DNA of 64,000 bases from Candidatus Omnitrophota bacterium. Lineage in GTDB: Bacteria > Omnitrophota > Gorgyraeia > Duberdicusellales > 4484-171. Location of the stretch: positions 65,314-129,313 of the forward strand of contig JAFGQU010000004.1 in assembly GCA_016935525.1 (NCBI GenBank), in the 5' to 3' direction. The position numbers and the translations under genes were made by a program. Positions 30,447-39,810 of the stretch are shown one piece after another; position 1 is the stretch's first letter, and every line of letters begins with the position of its first letter. The notes under the pieces were generated by a model that was not told where the DNA came from, ran no database searches, and saw only the letters and a program-made list of their open reading frames with translations.

Positions 30447-31375
30447 TGAGAATCCATACTCAAAAATCGGTTTCTCTCTTTATCGGTCACTGGATACAGG
30501 CAATCCGCCCGTTCGCGTTTACCGCATCGATAATCCCGGTGACTCTGGGCGCAGTATTCGCTTTTGCGGGTCCATACCCGATCCGGTGGGAACTTTTTCC
30601 GTTGGTCCTGGTCTGTGCTCTGTTTTTTCACGCCGGCACCAATCTTGTGAACGATTACTACGATTTCACACGCGGTATCGATACGCTCGACAGTTTCGGG
30701 TCAAGCCGGATCCTTCCCGAACATAAGCTTACTCCCCGCCAAATCCATAGAAGCGCTCTTTTTTGTTTTGGATGCGGGTTTGGCTTGGGGATTATTCTGG
30801 TGATAATCCACGGATTACCGATGTTAGGATTGGGAATGATCGGCCTTTTAGGCGGGTATTTTTATACTGCCCGTCCAGTCGAATACAAATACCGGGCTCT
30901 GGGCGATATTTTCGTATTTATACTGATGGGACCGCTGATGGTGATCGGCTCATTTTTCGCGCTGACCGGGACATATCATCCCGGCATATTCTATGTTTCT
31001 TTACCGATAGGTTTTCTGGTCACGGCAATTCTTCATGCCAATAACCTGCGCGATATCGATCATGACCGACAAGCTCGCATCAAAACGTTCGCGAACATGT
31101 TAGGGCACCGTAACGCTCAGATAGAATATCTGATCTTGATCGGGGGAGCTTATCTCAGCGTACTTATATTAATTATCAGCCGAACTATATCACTCTGGGG
31201 GATACTGGTCTTTTTAAGTGTCCCGGTAGCTTTAAAAAATATCATGGCCATCGAAAAAAGTAAACCCCATACTCCCCAAGATCTCGCCGCCATCGATAAA
31301 GAGACCGCGAAACTCCATTTTCTTTTCGGTGCATTAATGATCGTCTCGTTCTATCTTGAGACAATCATCACATGA
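30446..31375 (+). CDS. menA: 1,4-dihydroxy-2-naphthoate polyprenyltransferase (UbiA family)
   Basis: WIQAIRP, NLVNDYYDF..GID, YKYRALGD, ANNLRDIDHD...KT; start refined to 30446. Confidence 0.88.
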   Translation: MRIHTQKSVSLFIGHWIQAIRPFAFTASIIPVTLGAVFAFAGPYPIRWELFPLVLVCALFFHAGTNLVNDYYDFTRGIDTLDSFGSSRILPEHKLTPRQIHRSALFCFGCGFGLGIILVIIHGLPMLGLGMIGLLGGYFYTARPVEYKYRALGDIFVFILMGPLMVIGSFFALTGTYHPGIFYVSLPIGFLVTAILHANNLRDIDHDRQARIKTFANMLGHRNAQIEYLILIGGAYLSVLILIISRTISLWGILVFLSVPVALKNIMAIEKSKPHTPQDLAAIDKETAKLHFLFGALMIVSFYLETIIT

Positions 31376-31992
31376 AACACGTTTGGTTTTTCATACTTCT
31401 TGCCTTTTTTTTCTGGTTCTTACTTTTTTTCCCTCCGGTCGCTCGTAGTACTCCTTTTTGGCCGATGATGGCGACAAGCGTCACTATATTAAGCGGATGG
31501 GCATTGTATAGCCAACAGGCCTCTTTAAACAGATTGTTTTATTTTAAATCCCATCATATATGGATAGGGATCTTTTCCGCATTGTTTCTTTATGGGGTAT
31601 TTTGGGCGGGCAGAGCATTGATCAACATAATTTTTATGCAAAGCGGCCATTTTATTCAATCGATCTATCAAACAAAACAAAATACTTCACCGATGACGAT
31701 AAGCCTCCTTTTGTTATGCATTATCGGGCCGGGCGAGGAGATTTTCTGGCGGGGATATATCCAACATACGCTCACAAAAAAAACTGGCATAACGAGCGGA
31801 TATTTCTTTTCGGTTTTTCTCTATATCCTTGTACATATCTGGTCGTGTAATCCTCTATTACTTATCGCTTCCGGTATCTGCGGATTATTCTGGGGATGGT
31901 TATTTTTACGGACACGAACGCTTTGGCCGGGAATCATATCGCACGCGTTATGGGATATTCTGGTATTCGTTCTTTTTCCGCTTGCAGCTTGA
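31372..31992 (+). CDS. CPBP/CAAX-family intramembrane glutamic protease
   Basis: GPGEEIFWRGYIQ, VH, SHALWD motifs. Confidence 0.88.
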   Translation: MKHVWFFILLAFFFWFLLFFPPVARSTPFWPMMATSVTILSGWALYSQQASLNRLFYFKSHHIWIGIFSALFLYGVFWAGRALINIIFMQSGHFIQSIYQTKQNTSPMTISLLLLCIIGPGEEIFWRGYIQHTLTKKTGITSGYFFSVFLYILVHIWSCNPLLLIASGICGLFWGWLFLRTRTLWPGIISHALWDILVFVLFPLAA

Positions 31993-32024
31993 GTTGCCCT
32001 TTAAGCTATGTTAAGATATTTTAA
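31989..32024 (+). promoter_or_regulatory. Sigma70 promoter, probably leaderless, for the polyprenyl synthase
   Basis: TTGAGT-17-TAAGAT with TGn extension; ATG 6 nt after the -10. Confidence 0.55.
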
Positions 32025-33064
32025 TGATTACTGAACTTAAAAAGGCTATTGACCGTAAAATCCCTTCTTTTATAAAAAGTATCGATACCACGTACTCCTT
32101 AAGCAAGATCTCTCCCCTGCTTTATACCTGTATTAAAGATTTCGTGACCCGTGACGGGAAACGGGTCCGGCCGATTCTTTTTGTCGTGGGCTATCTTGGA
32201 TTTGCCAAAAAAACCGCCCCCCGGCTCTACACCAGCGCTCTGGCGATAGAACTGCTCCACGATTTCATGCTGGTCCATGACGATATTATCGATAAATCGG
32301 ATACCCGGCGGGGCAGACCTTCGATGCACGCGTTACTCAACACTCATCTTAAAAAACTTCGCGGGTTGAAGTTTGACGGACAGGACCTGGCGATCGTGGT
32401 CGGAGACGTGATGTACGCGATGGCGATCGACGCGTTCCTCGCGATCAAAGAGGAACCTTACCGTAAAGAAAAAGCGCTTAAAAATTTTATCCGGGCGGCG
32501 ATCTTCACCGGCGGCGGGGAATTCATCGAACTGCTCAATGACGCAAAAAAGATCGAACAGGTCACTAAAAACGATATCTATAAGATCTACGATTTTAAAA
32601 CCGCCTATTATACTTTTGCTACTCCGCTTTCAACCGGAGCGATCCTTGCCGGCGCGCCTGCATCTGCGATACGCGGCCTTTCCAGTTACGGAGTCGCGTT
32701 AGGCCGGGCGTTTCAGATCAAAGACGATATTTTGGGAATATTCGGTAATGAAAAGCAAATCGGAAAATCGACCCTTTCCGATCTGCAGGAATCGAAGAAG
32801 ACGCTGCTTATCTGGAATACTTTTCTTAATTCTTCCGCGAAAGACAGGTTACGGATTAAAAAAATGCTTACTAAAGATAAAGTCACCCGAGGAGACCTCT
32901 CACTGATGCAACAGCTTATCACCCGAACGGGGGCGCTCGATTATGCCCATAGCGAGATCAAACGCCTCATAGGTCAAGCCCAGGGTATCGCTGAAAAGAT
33001 TCCAATGCACCAAAAATACAAAAAACTACTTCTCACGTATCCCGCTCAGCTTCTCCGCGTGTAA
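32024..33064 (+). CDS. Polyprenyl (probably geranylgeranyl) diphosphate synthase, CrtE/IdsA-like
   Basis: GKRVRP, FMLVHDDIIDKSDTRRG (FARM), KTAYY, FQIKDD (SARM). Confidence 0.9.
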   Translation: MITELKKAIDRKIPSFIKSIDTTYSLSKISPLLYTCIKDFVTRDGKRVRPILFVVGYLGFAKKTAPRLYTSALAIELLHDFMLVHDDIIDKSDTRRGRPSMHALLNTHLKKLRGLKFDGQDLAIVVGDVMYAMAIDAFLAIKEEPYRKEKALKNFIRAAIFTGGGEFIELLNDAKKIEQVTKNDIYKIYDFKTAYYTFATPLSTGAILAGAPASAIRGLSSYGVALGRAFQIKDDILGIFGNEKQIGKSTLSDLQESKKTLLIWNTFLNSSAKDRLRIKKMLTKDKVTRGDLSLMQQLITRTGALDYAHSEIKRLIGQAQGIAEKIPMHQKYKKLLLTYPAQLLRV

Positions 33065-33125
33065 TATTTCCCCTTTTCTTAAAGATCATTATTCAAGAAG
33101 TATGTCGAAAGATTGGATGTATTTT

Positions 33126-33354
33126 TACCACAGAGCTCACAGAGAGCATAGAGGAAAATAAAATAGTCCGTCTCGGTTTATCAAGGATATTTGGTTTCTT
33201 CCCATCGAATATCGATGGGATATTTTTGCAAAAACAATTAAAACCGGAAAATATAATTTTCCGGTTTCATGCGGTTTTTGCAAAGAAAAGCGCAAAAACG
33301 CGAAACCAAATGTCCGTCTTATTATCTCTGTGGGACTCTGTGTCCTCTGTGGTA
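33126..33354. repeat. Structured repeat copy A: 9-nt-periodic CACAGAG inverted arms enclosing a four-way-junction palindrome
   Basis: Arms 33126-33153 and 33326-33354; inner stems 33185-33198/33302-33315, 33200-33220, 33225-33235/33274-33284, 33241-33267. Confidence 0.85.
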
Positions 33355-33396
33355 GAACTATCTCTCTTTTAGCAAACACAACTTGATAAGAGGAAA

Positions 33397-34272
33397 TCAG
33401 AAACAGACGAATTTACATGTTCCCGCTTGCACGTCGAGTGCGATCTCGTTTTGGGGATCAAGAGTAAGCGCTTTGGTGATATATTCTTCGTATTTGGCAA
33501 GATCGCCTTTGGCGCGATAGGCTTGCGCTAACCGCGCGTATATATCGGGAAACCGCGGATCTTTTACGATCGCTTTTTCCAGGTATTCTATACCTTTATC
33601 GATATCCCGCCCCAGTACCGGCGGGATGAGCATATAATAACTCCCCATACCGTAAAGCACCGAAACACTGTCCGGCTTGATCTTTTCGGCCGCTTTCAAA
33701 TGAGGCAATACCGCCGCGCCGTTGACGGCTTTTGAAAGCGGCCCGCCATAATGGGCGATCATTCCTTTGGCTCCGGCATACAGGCCGTGAGCGTTGGCCA
33801 TATTCATAGAATTCACTTTTTGTTCGCCTAACCGCAACACGGTTGCGGTAAGCCTTACGGTCTCTTCGAATTCCATCTGCATATAACGGATATACCCTAA
33901 ACTGATATAAGCCGGAGCAAATTGAGGATCCTGGGCGATTACCTCTTTCAGTATCCGTTCGGACTCACCGTACCGGTGGCCGCGCCGTAAACACTCGGCA
34001 ATACCCCATCGGGCCGGAATATCTTGAGGATTGAGACCATACAGTTTCTGAAATATCTTTTCGGCTTTTTCGTCCTCGTGTGCGGTCAAATACGCTAACG
34101 CCAGCGTATAAAGTTCCGCGGGTAAAGCGGTATTTTGATCTATCTGCGCCTCGGCTTCCGGTAGAGTCATCGTATCGGCTCGTTCATGGAGCCTGATCCA
34201 GTCGAAATCCGCGCCCATACCGAAAGAACCTATCCAACAGGTTATTAGAAAAAAAACAATGATTCTCTTCAT
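33397..34272 (-). CDS. Exported TPR-repeat protein (TatT-like C-terminal half)
   Basis: Signal peptide, TPR helices, YGMGSYYMLIPPVLGRDIDKGIEYLEKAI; start overlaps the cyclase stop. Confidence 0.78.
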   Translation of the reverse strand: MKRIIVFFLITCWIGSFGMGADFDWIRLHERADTMTLPEAEAQIDQNTALPAELYTLALAYLTAHEDEKAEKIFQKLYGLNPQDIPARWGIAECLRRGHRYGESERILKEVIAQDPQFAPAYISLGYIRYMQMEFEETVRLTATVLRLGEQKVNSMNMANAHGLYAGAKGMIAHYGGPLSKAVNGAAVLPHLKAAEKIKPDSVSVLYGMGSYYMLIPPVLGRDIDKGIEYLEKAIVKDPRFPDIYARLAQAYRAKGDLAKYEEYITKALTLDPQNEIALDVQAGTCKFVCF

Positions 34273-34568
34273 GAACGCATCTTCTTTTTAAAAAATTCCC
34301 AGGACACTATAGTAAGCGTCACTAAACTGAAATTAAACAGAAAATCTTCCAGAGGTATCGTCCCGTATTTTATCCCGAGAATCATCTTAGGATTATACCG
34401 GACAATACCCGCGCCGGTGATAAAGCCGTTGACGATAATCATCAATATCACAAACAGCATGAAATATACCCAGAATTTTTTGTTTTTCAGCAGGGAAACT
34501 CCCGTTATACGGTCGATCAGTATCGTTACTACGACTGAAATGGCGGCAAAAACGGTATATTCTTTCAT
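34269..34568 (-). CDS. Lycopene cyclase domain protein (CrtYd-type subunit)
   Basis: Small hydrophobic protein with IVRYN...GTIPLEDFLF motif. Confidence 0.85.
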   Translation of the reverse strand: MKEYTVFAAISVVVTILIDRITGVSLLKNKKFWVYFMLFVILMIIVNGFITGAGIVRYNPKMILGIKYGTIPLEDFLFNFSLVTLTIVSWEFFKKKMRS

Positions 34569-34569
34569 A

Positions 34570-34872
34570 TCACTTTTTCCAAAAATAATTCACTGTTTCC
34601 CAGGTAAACACACAACAAAAAGGTATGACAATAAAAAAAAGCGCCTCTTCTAACGGTACATTGACGATATAAATATTACCTACGCTCGCGGGATCAAAAA
34701 ACCAATGGCCGCGCCAGGTAGCTCCTACATCCCATATTCCGAAACCCAAAAGGATAATGGTGGTAGTTTTTACTAACGCCCGCCAATTACGCCAGAAGCC
34801 CAGCCCAGGCCAGAAACTCAATAAAAACGGGAATATACCGGATAAAAAAAGAACCCACATATACCGGGACAT
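34570..34872 (-). CDS. Lycopene cyclase domain protein (CrtYc-type subunit)
   Basis: FGIWD...GHWFF...VPLEEALFFIVIP; start refined to 34872. Confidence 0.85.
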   Translation of the reverse strand: MSRYMWVLFLSGIFPFLLSFWPGLGFWRNWRALVKTTTIILLGFGIWDVGATWRGHWFFDPASVGNIYIVNVPLEEALFFIVIPFCCVFTWETVNYFWKK

Positions 34873-34956
34873 AAAAAGATTGTATCTTAAATGCCCCCCT
34901 TGTTCAAACGAAAACTCTATTGATTCACACAGGTTTACGTGTACAATGAAAAAATG
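34870..34956. promoter_or_regulatory. Back-to-back divergent leaderless promoters for the cyclase operon (-) and crtB (+)
   Basis: Minus: TTGAAC-17-TACAAT-6 nt-ATG(34872); plus: TTGATT-16-TACAAT-6 nt-ATG(34954). Confidence 0.65.
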
Positions 34957-35829
34957 ATGGCGGCCAAAGGCGATTCCCTGATCAAAGCCGGATACAAAAT
35001 TGCCCGTACACTGACCCGTATCCATGCCCGTACGTTTTATTTCGCTTCACTCTTTTTAACCGCGGCCCAAAAACCGGCGGTTTATTCAGTATACGCGATC
35101 TGCCGCAGGAGCGATGATATCGTCGATACGGAAGGAAATTCCGATAGAAAAAAGGACCTCGCGGCGATGGAAAACAAAATAACGCACGCTTACTCGAACG
35201 AGCCGCTTCCCGACCCGTTACTCGCTGCGTTCCGTCATACCGTACACGAATATGCCATCCCGAAAAGCTATTTTGACGAACTCCTCAAAGGTATGGCTAT
35301 GGATCTGGAAAAACCGCGGTATGAAAATTTTCAGGAACTCTCGCTTTATTGTTACCGGGTAGCCGGCGTGATCGGGCTGATCATACTTAAGATATTCAAA
35401 ACGGACACCCCCGAAGCCGAACCGCCAGCGATCGCGCTAGGGATCGCCATGCAACTTACCAATATCTTAAGAGATATCCGTGAAGATTATCTTAAAAAAA
35501 GAATATATGTTCCTCAGGACGAACTGCGCCGGTTCGGAGTAACCGAGACTCAATTGGCTCAACATACCGTAGATAATAATTTTATCGCACTGATGAGGTT
35601 TCAAATCGACCGAGCTCATGAGTATTACCGCCAATCGGCCGAAGGGGTTAAATTGATCAAGGCTGCCCGCGACCGGTATGTCGCCGGAATAATGAAAGAA
35701 GCCTATGAAAAGATCCTTGATGAGATAGAATTAAAAAATTACGATATATTTTCTCAGAAAGTATTTGTACCGTTAAGAAAAAAGATAATGACCGCGTTAC
35801 GGTTATTAGGAAAAGAGACCTGGGCATGA
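34954..35829 (+). CDS. crtB: Phytoene synthase
   Basis: ARTFYFAS, VYAICRRSDDIVD, YCYRVAGVIG, LGIAMQLTNILRDIRED. Confidence 0.9.
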   Translation: MMAAKGDSLIKAGYKIARTLTRIHARTFYFASLFLTAAQKPAVYSVYAICRRSDDIVDTEGNSDRKKDLAAMENKITHAYSNEPLPDPLLAAFRHTVHEYAIPKSYFDELLKGMAMDLEKPRYENFQELSLYCYRVAGVIGLIILKIFKTDTPEAEPPAIALGIAMQLTNILRDIREDYLKKRIYVPQDELRRFGVTETQLAQHTVDNNFIALMRFQIDRAHEYYRQSAEGVKLIKAARDRYVAGIMKEAYEKILDEIELKNYDIFSQKVFVPLRKKIMTALRLLGKETWA

Positions 35830-36668
35830 AGATCAATCTCGCCCGTTCGGCAGGATTTTGTTTTGGAGTAAAAAGAGCGTTAAAGCTTGCCTATCAAACC
35901 GCGAAAGCAAGACCTTCGGTGGTAATGCTCGGCGATATCGTCCATAACGAAGAAGTCGTAAAAGATATCACTGCCGCCGGTATAAAGAAAATAGACCGTC
36001 TGGGTAAAGGCAAAAAAACTACCCTGCTTATCCGCGCGCACGGCGCCTCTAAAAAGACGATCGAGCGGGCCCACACACAAGGCTACGCTATCGTTGACGC
36101 TACCTGCCCGATGGTGAAAGAGATCCATACTCTGGCCCATACGGCCGAACGTCAAGGGTATACCGTCATCATCATCGGAGACAAAAAACACGATGAGGTG
36201 CAGGGAATCATCGGACAACTGCAGAGTAACGCTCTCGTGATCGACTATCTCAAAAATATACCTACGCGAAAGCTTACTTCTCTGACTAAAGCCGCGGTAG
36301 TAGTCCAATCGACTCAGAATATGGAAAAAGTATTGGAGATCGTCGATAAAATAAAAAAATACGTCCCCGACCTGAAATTTTTTAATACTATCTGTAACCC
36401 TACCCGGATCAAGCAGAAAGAGATCCTCACTTTACCGCTGGAGAACGACGTAATCCTGGTGATCGGCTCAAAGATGAGCGCAAATACCCGGCGGCTCTAT
36501 GAACTCGCCCGGGGTCTTAATCGCCGTACCTACTGGATCCAGTCAAAAAAAGAACTGCGGAAACGCTGGTTTAAAAATACCCGCAGCGTAGGGATAACTG
36601 CCGGAGCATCTACTCCCGATAAAATCACAAACGAGATCGTCGCTTACCTTAAAACCTTCACTCTGTGA
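35826..36668 (+). CDS. ispH: 4-hydroxy-3-methylbut-2-enyl diphosphate reductase
   Basis: AGFCFGVKRA, IVHN, IRAHG, DATCP, TICNPT, SANT, GITAGASTP. Confidence 0.95.
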   Translation: MKINLARSAGFCFGVKRALKLAYQTAKARPSVVMLGDIVHNEEVVKDITAAGIKKIDRLGKGKKTTLLIRAHGASKKTIERAHTQGYAIVDATCPMVKEIHTLAHTAERQGYTVIIIGDKKHDEVQGIIGQLQSNALVIDYLKNIPTRKLTSLTKAAVVVQSTQNMEKVLEIVDKIKKYVPDLKFFNTICNPTRIKQKEILTLPLENDVILVIGSKMSANTRRLYELARGLNRRTYWIQSKKELRKRWFKNTRSVGITAGASTPDKITNEIVAYLKTFTL

Positions 36669-36679
36669 CCTTTTGTATA

Positions 36680-38119
36680 TTACGATTGTTCGATAAGATC
36701 GGCAACGATACGTGAAGAGGCGATCACCGGTGGGAGCCCTTCTCCGGGTTGAGTGCTGCATCCGACAAAATAGGCATTTTTATAACGCCGGTCGCGGTTC
36801 GGCGGACGAAAAAAGGCGCTTTGCATAAGCGTATGGGCAAGGCCAAACGTCGCGCCATGGTACACGTTATAACGGGAAACGAAATCTTCCGGATAAAACC
36901 GGTGTTCTACTTCGATCAAATCTTCGATATCCTCGCCGATGACGGTTTTGATCTTTTCAAATACCAGTTTTCTTAACCGCGGTTCATACTCACGGAACTG
37001 GCCTTGATAGGTCTCCAAGTTAGGTACCGGTATCAGGATATAGACGATATCTTTACCGGGCGGCGACATCAAAGGGTCTGTCACCGTCGGTACATGGACA
37101 TAAAATGAAGGGTCAGCGGGCACGACCCCTTCATGGAATATTTCGTTCAAATTCTTATCGAGGTCTTCGGCAAAGAAAAGGTTATGATGTTCTAGGTTTT
37201 TTATCTTCTTCTTCAAACCCAGATAGAGCAGGTATACCGAACAGGAATACTCATATTTGGGAAGCATACGATTAAGTAAAGTCTTCTGCGCATAGGCATA
37301 ATCGGCATTGACGACGGCAATATCGAACTGTTCTTTTTGACCGTGCACAGAAAGCGCCGGTTGACGGCGGTACTGGATGTGTGTTACCTCGCTGTCGTAA
37401 TGGAACTCCACCCCGAATTCCCGTCCCAACCGTTCCAGGTTTAAAGGGATCTGATACATCCCTCCCAAAGGATGGAACACTTTCTGGACATGATCGGCGT
37501 AGGTGATCACACTGTAGAATGCCGGAGCGTGGAAAGGAGACACTCCGATAAACATCGCTTCAAAAGTAAAGGCATAGACAAGTTCGTCAGTCTTAAAGAA
37601 ATCGTGGGCCAGACGCCAATAGGTCTTATGGGTCTTTAGTTTCCACAACAGGCTCCAATAAGCGGGATTACACAGCGCTTTGGGAGTAAAACTTTTATAC
37701 AGCAACGGTTCGACCGATGTATACATATCCCCTACATCGGCAAGAAACCTATCGAACTGCCGAGAGCTGCCCGGTTCGATTTTTTCCAGTTCCGCTTTCG
37801 TCTTCTCGCTGTCACGATAGATGACCAGTTCTTTCCCGGAAGGATAAAATATCTTGTAATGGATATCGAGCGGAGCCAGATGAAGATAGTCGGAAAGATC
37901 ACGACCGCAGTAATCAAAGATCTCTTTGAAAAAAGAAGGCATCAATACAAACGAAGGGCCGGTATCGAATTTAAATCCGGCATCTTCGATAATATGCGCC
38001 CGGCCGCCGGGACGGGGAAGTTTTTCGAACACATCGACTTTATATCCGCGGGATCCCAGACGGGCCGCAGTCGCAAGCCCTCCTACTCCCGCGCCGACAA
38101 TAGCGATATGTTTTTTCAT
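36680..38119 (-). CDS. crtI: Phytoene desaturase
   Basis: IVGAGVGGL, FDTGPS, GGMYQIP, DPSFYVHVP, GATFGL, YFVGCSTQPG. Confidence 0.88.
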   Translation of the reverse strand: MKKHIAIVGAGVGGLATAARLGSRGYKVDVFEKLPRPGGRAHIIEDAGFKFDTGPSFVLMPSFFKEIFDYCGRDLSDYLHLAPLDIHYKIFYPSGKELVIYRDSEKTKAELEKIEPGSSRQFDRFLADVGDMYTSVEPLLYKSFTPKALCNPAYWSLLWKLKTHKTYWRLAHDFFKTDELVYAFTFEAMFIGVSPFHAPAFYSVITYADHVQKVFHPLGGMYQIPLNLERLGREFGVEFHYDSEVTHIQYRRQPALSVHGQKEQFDIAVVNADYAYAQKTLLNRMLPKYEYSCSVYLLYLGLKKKIKNLEHHNLFFAEDLDKNLNEIFHEGVVPADPSFYVHVPTVTDPLMSPPGKDIVYILIPVPNLETYQGQFREYEPRLRKLVFEKIKTVIGEDIEDLIEVEHRFYPEDFVSRYNVYHGATFGLAHTLMQSAFFRPPNRDRRYKNAYFVGCSTQPGEGLPPVIASSRIVADLIEQS

Positions 38120-38219
38120 TTTCTATCTGCCTTTTTGTATCACGGAAAGGATCAGTGGACCCGAACCGAACTGAAAACATTGTATCACGCGATTTGCGGT
38201 ATAGATAGATAAAACAAGA

Positions 38220-38933
38220 TCATTCCGGATGCTCTTTATGGGGCCGTGAGGTATCGGTAAGCCGTTCGGGATGATGTTTGACTACTTCGGCTTTTACCAT
38301 ATAAATAATATCTTCGGCGATATTCGTCACGTGATCGGCGATCCGTTCCAGATGACGGGTGATCAAAAGGAGCGGGATAGCGCGGGGAACACATTTTCCG
38401 TTCTTGACCATATATTCATATACCAATTCGTCAAAGATCATATTTCTGAGTTTATCGGCTTCCGGGTCCGAAAGGATCACCGATCTGGCCAGTTGTTCAT
38501 CCTGGTTTACAAACGCGTCGATCACGTCTTTGATCATCCGGCGTACTACCGCGGTAAGTTTAGGGATATCGATCAGCGGTTTGATTAAAGGCTCGTTACC
38601 TAAATCGAGGACCCGTTGCGATATATTTACGGCAAGATCTGCGATCCGTTCGAGTTCGGCGTTGATGCTCATACCGGTAGTGATAAACCGCAGGTCCCGC
38701 GCTTTAGGATTCTGCAGGGCCAAAAAATCGATTGCCATCTCTTCGATCAACAGTTCCTGCTCGTCAATGATATGGTCGTCATCGATAACGCCCCGGGCAA
38801 GTGTAAGATCGCGGTTTTTTAGGGATTCGACCGACTTATAGATCGCTTCTTCGGTCAACGTCGCCATCTTCAGGATCTCGGTGTTAAACTTTTTCAGATC
38901 ATTTTCGAAATGTCTTTTGATATTCATAAGCAC
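38220..38933 (-). CDS. phoU: Phosphate signalling complex protein PhoU
   Basis: PKARDLR, ELERIADLAVNI, LERIADHVTNIAE. Confidence 0.95.
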   Translation of the reverse strand: MLMNIKRHFENDLKKFNTEILKMATLTEEAIYKSVESLKNRDLTLARGVIDDDHIIDEQELLIEEMAIDFLALQNPKARDLRFITTGMSINAELERIADLAVNISQRVLDLGNEPLIKPLIDIPKLTAVVRRMIKDVIDAFVNQDEQLARSVILSDPEADKLRNMIFDELVYEYMVKNGKCVPRAIPLLLITRHLERIADHVTNIAEDIIYMVKAEVVKHHPERLTDTSRPHKEHPE

Positions 38934-39048
38934 TCCTTGATTCTTTCTCTCTCTATCTTTCTGCCTTTAAAATTATCGCCTCTCCTGAGGTATTCTTCAA
39001 TCGTTTTACTCAAAGGATACCGGATGATAAAAACACCGTCGGAACTGA

Positions 39049-39810
39049 TCATCCAAACCGCCCGGTAATATAGTCTTCAGTGACTTTCTTGGCCGGGTTA
39101 GTAAAGATCTTTGGCGTAAGGTCATATTCGACCATCTGGCCTAACATGAGAAACGCGGTATAATCGGAAATCCGCGCGGCCTGTTGCATATTATGAGTAA
39201 CGATGATAATCGTATACCTTTTTTTCAATTCCTGGATAAGTTCTTCGATTTTTGAAGTCGAAGTAGGGTCAAGGGCCGATGCCGGTTCGTCCATAAGCAA
39301 CACTTCCGGTTCGACCGCAAGAGCCCGGGCAATACAGAGCCGTTGCTGCTGGCCGCCGGAAAGGGCAAGAGCGCTGTCGTTCAGACGGTCTTTCACCTCG
39401 CCCCATAATGCCGCGTCTTTAATGCTTTTTTCTACTTTACGGCGGATATATTGCCGGTCTTTTATCCCGTTGACGCGTAACCCGTAGGCGACGTTCTCAA
39501 AAATAGATTTAGGAAACGGATTCGGTTTCTGAAATACCATCCCGATTTTCCGGCGGACATCCACTACATCCTCATCCGGGCCATAAATGTTATGGCCGTC
39601 AAGCAACACCTCCCCTTCAATCCGGGCATGAGGGATAAGATCGTTCATCCGGTTCAACAAGCGGATAAGCGTTGATTTTCCGCATCCGGATGGGCCGATG
39701 ATCGCCGTCACCCGGTTACGGTACACTTGTATATTAATATCACACAACGCCTGTTTGGTGCCGTAATAAAAGTTCATGTTTTTTATTTCCATCCGTACTT
39801 TTTCATCCAT
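39049..39810 (-). CDS. pstB: Phosphate ABC transporter ATP-binding protein
   Basis: [39 protein letters not shown]; start refined to 39810. Confidence 0.96.
   Translation of the reverse strand: MDEKVRMEIKNMNFYYGTKQALCDINIQVYRNRVTAIIGPSGCGKSTLIRLLNRMNDLIPHARIEGEVLLDGHNIYGPDEDVVDVRRKIGMVFQKPNPFPKSIFENVAYGLRVNGIKDRQYIRRKVEKSIKDAALWGEVKDRLNDSALALSGGQQQRLCIARALAVEPEVLLMDEPASALDPTSTSKIEELIQELKKRYTIIIVTHNMQQAARISDYTAFLMLGQMVEYDLTPKIFTNPAKKVTEDYITGRFG

Noticed and set aside
33185-33315. Cloverleaf as a tRNA
   Set aside because: About 130 nt with 3-nt loops, no TTC T-loop, no 7-nt anticodon loop and no CCA end
33137-33379. 80-aa minus-strand ORF
   Set aside because: Runs through the palindromic repeat element; no RBS or protein-like motif
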